A DNA stretch of 64,000 nt from an uncultured Spirochaetota bacterium (GTDB taxonomy: Bacteria > Spirochaetota > Brevinematia > Brevinematales > JAOACQ01), in assembly GCA_963835575.1 (NCBI GenBank), contig CAWIGG010000002.1, positions 198,141 to 262,140 on the forward strand, read 5' to 3'. Below are positions 33,255-40,395 of this stretch, one piece after another. How positions within the stretch are numbered: the stretch's first letter is position 1; each line of letters begins with the position of its first letter. Below the pieces are notes generated by a model, which saw nothing but the letters and a program-made list of their open reading frames with translations, was not told the origin of the DNA and ran no database searches. Both the position numbers and the translations under genes were made by a program.

Positions 33255-35348
33255 ATGAAAAAAGCGGGTTTTTTAGTTTTTGCGGGAATAGGCCTCTTAC
33301 TGTTTTCACTGTACTTTGCTTGCAGCCTGAACCTCGGAGCAAGCAATAACGGTAAAGGCAATGCCCCAGGAATAACCATACCCAGGGCCTTTGGCGATAG
33401 GATCACGGTCTCCGGCACCCAATTTTTCGCGGGCAGCAGCCGGATTTGGATCAACGGCGCTAATACGCCATGGAACAGCTGGGATGATATGGGCGGTACT
33501 ATGGATACTAATTGGTGGAACACTGAGTTTCAAACTCTGCATACTAATGGCATTAATGCCACACGCGTCTGGCTCATCTGCAGCGGTGATGTCGGAATTG
33601 TTATAGACAGCAGCGGCTATGTCTCAAACGCTACCGCCACTTTCTGGAATCACCTCGACAGTCTTATGCAGATATGCCAGAATCAACAGGTATATCTTGA
33701 CGCTACCTTAATATCATTCGATTGTGTTAAGAACAATACTGCCTCTAACTGGAAAAATATGTTTAATAGTGACAGCAGTATTGATTCATTTGTCAGTAAT
33801 TTCTTGATTCCTTTAGTTAACCGTTACAAAAATAATCCCTGGCTCTGGACTATTGATCTATGCAATGAACCGGATTGGCTTTTCGAGACTTATGGTATTC
33901 CATGGAACCGGATTCAGACATATTTCGCTAAATGCGCTGTAGGAATCCATGCGAACAGCAGCATCCTGGTCAATGTTGGAATGGCAATAATCAAATATAA
34001 TAGTACTACATGCGCCGGTGCTCAGGGTAATATGGTAAGCGACGCCTCACTGCAAGCATTAGTGGGAGGCGATACAAGGGCGAAAGTCGATTTTTGGAAT
34101 GTTCACTACTATCCCTGGATGGATCCATACTGGCCGGTTCCATTTAACGTGACACCGGTTGTTTTCGGTCTTGACGCGAGCAAACCGTCGATAGTCGGGG
34201 AATGCCCGGCTAAGGATTCGACAAACCATACTATTATAGGGGATTATGAAAATGCTTACCAGAATGGCTGGCAGGGAGTCATGCCATGGACGGCCAACGG
34301 TGTGGATGCTAACGGAGACATCACTACTTTGGGGCCTGCTACCCTGGCATTCCTGGGCAATCATTACAGTCTTGTGTTTCCAGGCGGAACTAATAGCAGC
34401 TCGTCTAGTTTATCCAGCAGTTCGAGCACTTCGACTTCGCTCAGTGCAAGCTCTGCGTCATCGGCTGTTAGTTCAAGCCGTTCGAGTGCCGTATCCAGCA
34501 CTGTCAGTTCGATCAGCTCGGCAGCAAGCTCTTCGTCCGCTTCCGCACAGTATCTGAATATCAATCTTCCCTTTACTAATGATGGAGTAGGAGAATATTA
34601 CTGGCAGACAAGCGGCACGATTACCAGCATGAACTCATGGAATCTCGATGCTCTGGATGTGAATGGAACAAGCTTTAAAAACGTTTATGTCAGCGGCAGC
34701 GGCCTGCCCGCGAAGCAGAACGGGTACTACTATATTCACTATAAAGGCTCCTATTCCTACAGTCACGTTGAAATTGCCGGCTCCGGAACGGTAAGCAGCA
34801 GCTCCGTTACCTCGGCCGCAAGCAGTTCGAGTTCTGTGTCATCCGCGGCGAGTTCGAGCCTGGCCGCATCCAGCGCTGCGTCTTCGGTAACAGTCAGCTC
34901 CAGCCGGTCAAGTGCAGCTTCTTCAGTTGCTGTGAGCTCCAGCCGTTCGAGTGTTGCATCATCGGTAGCAGTCAGTTCCAGCCTGGCTGCATCCAGTGTG
35001 GCTTCCAGCGCCGCATCGAGCGCGGGAGGATACGCTGTGAATTACAATGTCTCTAATGATTGGGGCGCGGGCGCCACAGTCACGGTAACGATAAAGAATA
35101 ATTCTGCCGCAGCCCTTTCGAGCTGGTCTCTTGTCTGGACATTCGCTGGTAATCAGGCGATCACTCAGATCTGGAGCGCTTCTCAAACGACCAGCGGCGA
35201 AACGGTAACAGCCGTCAATCTCAGTTACAATGGTGCGATCGGAGCGAACGGCGGGACACTGGCTTTCGGATTTAACTTGAGCTACAGCGGTTCCAACGCC
35301 AAACCGACGGCTTTCACGCTGAATGGAACGGCATGTTCAACATATTGA
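33255..35348 (+). CDS. Clan GH-A, GH5-like (mannanase-like) lipoprotein - linker - X module - linker - CBM2-like
   Basis: ATG 33255 after AAGGAGG, 40 nt after the previous stop. Signal ending YFAC|S. RIWINGANTPWNSWDDMGG, TRVWL, IDLCNEPDW, SIVGECP. The family call is less certain than for the others. Confidence 0.7.
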   Translation: MKKAGFLVFAGIGLLLFSLYFACSLNLGASNNGKGNAPGITIPRAFGDRITVSGTQFFAGSSRIWINGANTPWNSWDDMGGTMDTNWWNTEFQTLHTNGINATRVWLICSGDVGIVIDSSGYVSNATATFWNHLDSLMQICQNQQVYLDATLISFDCVKNNTASNWKNMFNSDSSIDSFVSNFLIPLVNRYKNNPWLWTIDLCNEPDWLFETYGIPWNRIQTYFAKCAVGIHANSSILVNVGMAIIKYNSTTCAGAQGNMVSDASLQALVGGDTRAKVDFWNVHYYPWMDPYWPVPFNVTPVVFGLDASKPSIVGECPAKDSTNHTIIGDYENAYQNGWQGVMPWTANGVDANGDITTLGPATLAFLGNHYSLVFPGGTNSSSSSLSSSSSTSTSLSASSASSAVSSSRSSAVSSTVSSISSAASSSSASAQYLNINLPFTNDGVGEYYWQTSGTITSMNSWNLDALDVNGTSFKNVYVSGSGLPAKQNGYYYIHYKGSYSYSHVEIAGSGTVSSSSVTSAASSSSSVSSAASSSLAASSAASSVTVSSSRSSAASSVAVSSSRSSVASSVAVSSSLAASSVASSAASSAGGYAVNYNVSNDWGAGATVTVTIKNNSAAALSSWSLVWTFAGNQAITQIWSASQTTSGETVTAVNLSYNGAIGANGGTLAFGFNLSYSGSNAKPTAFTLNGTACSTY
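34392..34547 (+). repeat. Ser-rich linker-coding repeat (linker 1)
   Basis: NSSSSSLSSSSSTSTSLSASSASSAVSSSRSS... Confidence 0.75.
34548..34781 (+). other. Unassigned X module (second copy)
   Basis: QYLNINLPFTNDGVGEYYWQTSGTITSMNSWNLDALDVNGTSFKNVYVSGSGLPAKQNGYYYIHYKGSYSYSHVEIAG. Confidence 0.6.
34782..35024 (+). repeat. Ser-rich linker-coding repeat (linker 2)
   Basis: SGTVSSSSVTSAASSSSSVSSAASSSLAASS... Confidence 0.8.
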
Positions 35349-35430
35349 TAATATGAATATTCTGGGCTGGCGGATTACGTCAGCCCGGAAATATAAAAAG
35401 TGAAGAATTGAGAAGAAATCACACTTCAGT

Positions 35431-35446
35431 ATAAACACGTGTTTAT
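35431..35446. promoter_or_regulatory. Perfect 16-bp palindrome, candidate operator upstream of GH10 gene
   Basis: ATAAACAC|GTGTTTAT, 125 nt upstream of ATG 35571. The equivalent position upstream of the GH10 paralogue is degenerate. Confidence 0.3.
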
Positions 35447-35570
35447 AGAAAAAGTATGAACGGACAGGTTCATTTCTAAGGCCTGAACTGAAGGCTATTC
35501 GTTTTTCATGTGAGGTTAAAAAAAGATTAAATTTTTCATCTCAATAAAAAATAATCGAAAGGAGGTTTTT

Positions 35571-37496
35571 ATGAATCACTTGAAGGTTAAAGCGATTTTA
35601 CTGTTCGGAAGCATACTGTGCTTTTTATGGTCATGCTCCGTAAACCCTATGAGTGAGAAAGGCCAGTCATTGTCTTTCACTGGGGTGAAAGCGACGGCGA
35701 ACGGAAAGTTTTTGGGAAATATCTGGGGAGGCAATACCGAACCTCTGAACTTCAGCAAGTATTGGAACCAGGTGACGCCTGAAAACGCAGGAAAATGGGG
35801 ATCAGTGGAATTGTCCCAGGGCACTTACAACTGGAGTGATCTGGATGCGCAGTACAGTTATGCCAAATCCAAAGGCTTCCCGTTTAAGTTTCATAATCTG
35901 GTATGGGGAAGCCAGCAGCCGAGCTGGATCAGTTCATTATCTGCCACAAACCAGGTGCTGGCTGTAATTGATTGGATCTCGAATGTCGGCGCAAGATACT
36001 CAAACCTTGATTTTATCGACGTGGTCAACGAACCGATTAAAACCGGCCAGCCTCCCTATGGGGCGGCCATCGGCGGCAGCGGTTCGACGGGATGGGACTG
36101 GGTCATTTTTGCATTTACGGTGGCACGGAAATATTGCGGCAATGCAAAACTGCTTGTTAATGAATACAGTGTGGAAAATGATACCTCTGCAGCAGCGCAA
36201 TACACCAATATTATCAATTTGCTGAAAAGCCGTAATCTGATAGATGGAGTGGGGATCCAGGGCCATTATTTCAGTTTGGACAGTGATGATACCGGTACTT
36301 TATCAAACTGTCTGTCAATTATATTGTCCACAGGCCTTCCGATTTACATTTCTGAGCTTGACCTTGACGGAGATGATGCGACTCAGCTTTCCAGATACCA
36401 AAAATATTTTCCGATCCTCTGGAATTACTCAACGATTAAAGGCGTCACACTCTGGGGATACATCCAGGGTTCAATCTGGACAACAAACGCTTATCTCTTA
36501 ACCACTTCCGGGACGGAACGCCCGGCATTGACCTGGCTGATGCAGTATGTCGGCAATACTACCTCGACCAGTTCCAGCAGCCCGGTTGCGTCTTCCAGCA
36601 GCGCGGCTTCGTCCGTACCTGTAAGCTCCAGCCGGTCGTCCGCGGCGAGCAGTATTGCTTCTTCAGTTGCTGTCAGCTCCAGCCAGGCGAGCAGTATAGC
36701 CAGTTCCGCTTCATCCTCAGTCCAGTATCAGAATATTACTCTTCCGTTCAGCTTTGACGGCACGGGAGAATTATACTGGCAGACAAGCGGTACGATCACC
36801 AGCATGAATTCCTGGAATCTTGATGCGCTGGATGTGAATGGGACAAGCTTTAAAAATGTGTATGTCGCCGGAAGCAGCCTGCCCGCGAAACAGAATGGAT
36901 ACTACTACATTCACTATAAGGGGTCATATTCCTATAGTCATGTTGAAATTGCCGGCACATCAGGATCGGTGAGCAGCAGTTCGATAGCTGTCAGTTCCAG
37001 CCCGGCAAGCAGTGTCGCCTCTTCAATAGCGGCAAGCTCCAGCCGTGCAGCCTCTTCAATAGCAGCTAGCTCTAGCAGATCGAGTATTGCATCTTCAGTA
37101 GCAGTCAGCTCAAGCCTGGCCGCATCCAGTGTCGCTTCCAGTGCGGCATCGAGCACGGCTTCCAGCACAAGCGGCGGGTATGCAGTGAATTATACCGTCA
37201 ATAATGACTGGGGCGCGGGCGCCACAGTCACGGTAACCATAAAGAACAATTCCGCAACGGCCCTTTCGAGCTGGTCTCTTGTCTGGACATTTGCGGGCAA
37301 TCAGCAGATCACTCAGATCTGGAGCGCCACGCAGACAACCAGCGGCGCGACCGTTACTGTGAATAGTTTAACTTATAACGGCGCGATCGGCGCGAACGGC
37401 GGAACGCAGAGTTTCGGCTTCAATCTGAGCTACAGCGGCTCGAACGCCAAGCCGGCAGCATTTACTTTGAATGGGACGGCATGCTCGACTTATTGA
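35571..37496 (+). CDS. GH10 endo-xylanase lipoprotein - linker - X module - linker - CBM2-like
   Basis: AGGAGG RBS. Signal ending LWSC|S. YWNQVTPENAGKWGSVE, FKFHNLVWGSQQPSWI, IDVVNEP, LVNEYSVE, GVGIQGHYF, IYISELDL. Confidence 0.9.
   Translation: MNHLKVKAILLFGSILCFLWSCSVNPMSEKGQSLSFTGVKATANGKFLGNIWGGNTEPLNFSKYWNQVTPENAGKWGSVELSQGTYNWSDLDAQYSYAKSKGFPFKFHNLVWGSQQPSWISSLSATNQVLAVIDWISNVGARYSNLDFIDVVNEPIKTGQPPYGAAIGGSGSTGWDWVIFAFTVARKYCGNAKLLVNEYSVENDTSAAAQYTNIINLLKSRNLIDGVGIQGHYFSLDSDDTGTLSNCLSIILSTGLPIYISELDLDGDDATQLSRYQKYFPILWNYSTIKGVTLWGYIQGSIWTTNAYLLTTSGTERPALTWLMQYVGNTTSTSSSSPVASSSSAASSVPVSSSRSSAASSIASSVAVSSSQASSIASSASSSVQYQNITLPFSFDGTGELYWQTSGTITSMNSWNLDALDVNGTSFKNVYVAGSSLPAKQNGYYYIHYKGSYSYSHVEIAGTSGSVSSSSIAVSSSPASSVASSIAASSSRAASSIAASSSRSSIASSVAVSSSLAASSVASSAASSTASSTSGGYAVNYTVNNDWGAGATVTVTIKNNSATALSSWSLVWTFAGNQQITQIWSATQTTSGATVTVNSLTYNGAIGANGGTQSFGFNLSYSGSNAKPAAFTLNGTACSTY
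36561..36719 (+). repeat. Ser-rich linker-coding repeat (linker 1)
   Basis: TSTSSSSPVASSSSAASSVPVSSSRSS... Confidence 0.75.
36720..36956 (+). other. Unassigned X module (third copy)
   Basis: DNA identical to 19069-19305 apart from one mismatch I could find (GAG -> GTG in the peptide). Confidence 0.6.
36957..37172 (+). repeat. Ser-rich linker-coding repeat (linker 2)
   Basis: Same sequence as 19306-19521 (offset 17651). Confidence 0.8.
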
Positions 37497-38743
37497 TAAT
37501 AATGAATATTCCGGGCTGGCGATATACGTCAGCCCGGTTATATAAAAAAATAGGAATTGTAATAGTATGATGAAAATCAATACTTTTATATAAACTCTTG
37601 TTTTTGTAGAATAAACAACCAAACTGGCAAGTTTTTAATGCGTCTTGATTGAAGTCTCTGCCGTGTTAAGTGTGAGGTTTTAAATAATAATGAAATTTTT
37701 TGTTTCAATAATGAATATAAGAAAGGAGTATGCTATGAAGCTATTGAAGATGAAAGTTTTATTACTGTCCGGAAGCATGCTGTGCTTTTTATGGTCATGC
37801 TCGTAAGCCCTTTGAGTGAGAAAAGTCAGTCATTGTCTTTCACCGCGGTGAAAGCGACGGCGAGCGGAAAGTTTCTGGGTAATATCTGGGGAGGCAGTTC
37901 CGAGCCCCTCAATTTCAGTACATACTGGAACCAGGTGACTCCTGAAAACGCCGGGAAATGGGGTTCCGTGGAATCCAGCCAGGGAACCTATAACTGGAGC
38001 GCATTGGACGCGCAATACAGTTATGCTAAATCCAGAGGATATCCTTTTAAATTCCATAATCTGATCTGGGGCAGCCAGCAGCCTGCCTGGATCAGCACTT
38101 TGTCGGCCGCGAACCAGGTGCTGGCGGTCATCGATTGGATTTCGAATGTCGGCGCGAGATACAGCAATTTAGACTTCATAGATGTGGTCAATGAACCTCT
38201 GCATTCGCCGCCCTCCTATTCGAATGCGATGGGCGGAAGCGGCTCCACCGGCTGGGACTGGATTGTTTTTGCATTTCAACAGGCGCGGAAGTATTGCGGG
38301 AATGCAAAACTGCTTATCAATGAGTATGGCGTGGAGGGCAACACCACGGCCATGGCAAACTACACGAATATCATCAGTATTCTTAAGGCTTCGAATTTGA
38401 TAGATGGAGTGGGAGTCCAGGGGCATGATTTCAGTCTTGACGGCTGTTCACTAAGCACGCTGTCGAACTGCTTGTCTATGATTGCGGCCACAGGATTGCC
38501 GATCTATATTTCGGAGCTTGATCTTTCATCTACTGATGACACTGTCCAGCTTGGTCTTTATCAGAAGTATTTCCCGGCATTGTGGGAAAATCCGGATGTC
38601 ATGGGTGTTACTTTGTGGGGTTATATTCAAGGCTCAATATGGACTTCCAATGCTTTTCTTCTCTACACAAACGGCACGGAACGCCCTGCTCTGACATGGC
38701 TGACGAATTATGTGAGAGGCGGGGCTTCTTCTGCAGGCGGATC

Positions 38744-39188
38744 CATCCAGGTTTTTTTCTACAACGGAAATACCAGTACATCAGTAAACAGCCTTTCCCT
38801 TAATTTTCTTATATCCAATACGGGACTCTCCATCATCAATTTAACCAATGTGACTCTCCGCTATTACTACACCATTGACAGCGCAACGAATCAGATCTTC
38901 AACTGTAATTACTCGACTTTAGGCAACAGCAGTGTGACCGGAAGTTTTGTAACGATGCCGAATCCCGGGCCGACTGCAGACAGATATGTTCAGATCGGCT
39001 TTACGAGTGCGGCCGGAAGCCTGTATGCCGGGAATAGCGCTGTGGTTCAAGTTGCGGTAAATAAAAGTGACTGGTCCAGTTATATACAAACAAATGATTA
39101 TTCATTTAATTCCTCGGCCGCAACATATACGTCCTGGTCAAAAGTGACCGGGTATATCTCAGGCACGCTTGCATTTGGCACAGAGCCG
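38744..39188 (+). other. CBM3-like module inside the GH10 gene
   Basis: IQVFFYNGNTSTSVNSLSLNFLISNTGLSIINLTNVTLRYYYTIDS...NKSDWSSYIQTNDYSF...VTGYISGTLAFGTEP. Confidence 0.75.
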
Positions 39189-39521
39189 TCTTCCGGCAGT
39201 TCCTCATCCATCTCAAGTGTGAGTTCCAGTCTATCCAGTTCATTAAGCAGTTCCGTTATTTCCTCGAGCAGCAGCCGTTCCGCCGCATCATCTTCGGTCA
39301 GCTCCAGCCTGAGCTCGAGTAAATCGTCGAGCAGTGTGTCCAGTCCTGCTTCGAGCAGCAGCCGTTCCAGCGTTGCATCCAGCATTTCCTCATCAGTAGC
39401 AGTGAGTTCCAGCCTTTCCAGCGTTGCGTCATCGGCAGCGGTGAGCTCGAGCCTGGCAGCATCCAGTGTTGCTTCAAGCGTTGCTTCCAGTGCAGCATCG
39501 AGCGCGGCATCCAGCACAAGC
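39189..39521 (+). repeat. Ser-rich linker-coding degenerate tandem repeat
   Basis: SSGSSSSISSVSSSLSSSLSSSVISSSSSRS... Confidence 0.8.
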
Positions 39522-39918
39522 GGCGGGTATGCAGTTAATTATACAGTCAATAATGACTGGGGCGCAGGGGCTACGTGCACGGTGACCATAAAGAACAACA
39601 GCGCCGCAGCCGTAAACGGATGGACATTAGTCTGGACATTTGCGGGTAATCAGACTCTCACACAGATTTGGAACGCAACTGACACCCAGAGCGGAGCAAC
39701 TGTTACCGTTAAGAACGCGAGCTTTAATAATATCATCGGAGCGAGCGGCGGGACCCAGAGCTTCGGATTTAATTTGAGTTACAGCGGTTCGAATGTTAAA
39801 CCCGCGGCATTTACTTTAAACGGTACGGCATGCACACTTTACTGAAGAAAATTAATGGCGAAATTAATTTTAACGCTCTTAATAAGATAATGAAACCATA
39901 AAAAATAATCTCCATGTT

Positions 39919-39955
39919 ATCTCCCCTCCCTTTTAGGGCGGGGGGGATATTTTTT
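39919..39955 (+). terminator. Rho-independent terminator
   Basis: ATCTCCCCTCCC-tttt-AGGGCGGGGGGAT + ATTTTTT. Homologous to the terminator at 5670. Confidence 0.75.
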
Positions 39956-39993
39956 AAAGATGGTTTGTATTTTTAATAAATAAAGATGAATAA

Positions 39994-40065
39994 AAAAACC
40001 GTACTCAAAGTATTATAAAAACCGTACTAAAGGTTTAATAATGTTATGCAAGCGAGATTTATAAT
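39994..40065 (+). promoter_or_regulatory. Twin direct-repeat promoter motif (long leader to 40396)
   Basis: AAAACCGTACTCAAAGT (39995-40011) and AAAAACCGTACTAAAGGT (40017-40034) in 23-nt register. TATAAT 40060-40065. Confidence 0.5.
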
Positions 40066-40395
40066 AAATGACCTTAAAAAGGTTTTGAATGAGAAAGGAT
40101 ATAAAATTAAGAATGATAGTTGTCTCAAGTTTTTTGATTCGTTTTTTACCGGGTCCTTTCATGTGATTTATTGATATGCCTTTTTATATATGTAATTTCA
40201 TCAACTGTTAATAGAAACAAGCTTAAGTGTTTTTTGTCAGCGGGGGAATAATTGCCGGGTTGTCATTGATTTATGCCGATGTTTTTATTTATTGATAAGG
40301 AGGTTTTCAAGGCTTTAATAACGTGGGTTTGAGAAAAGAATGGATTAAACAGGGAGGCTGATTGTGATAAAAAATATTTTATAAGGAGTAATGAC

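Larger units (their letters stand above)
37735..39845 (+). pseudogene. GH10 xylanase - CBM3 - Ser linker - CBM2-like, with the lipoprotein signal peptide uncoupled by a 1-nt deletion (frameshift or assembly error)
   Basis: ATG 37735 after AAGGAG encodes MKLLKMKVLLLSGSMLCFLWSCS, then TAA at 37804-37806. The mature enzyme continues in the +1 frame (ORF-track 37782..39845). Paralogue has ctccgtaaacc where this copy has ctcgtaagcc. GH10 motifs IDVVNEP and IYISELDL are intact. Confidence 0.7.
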
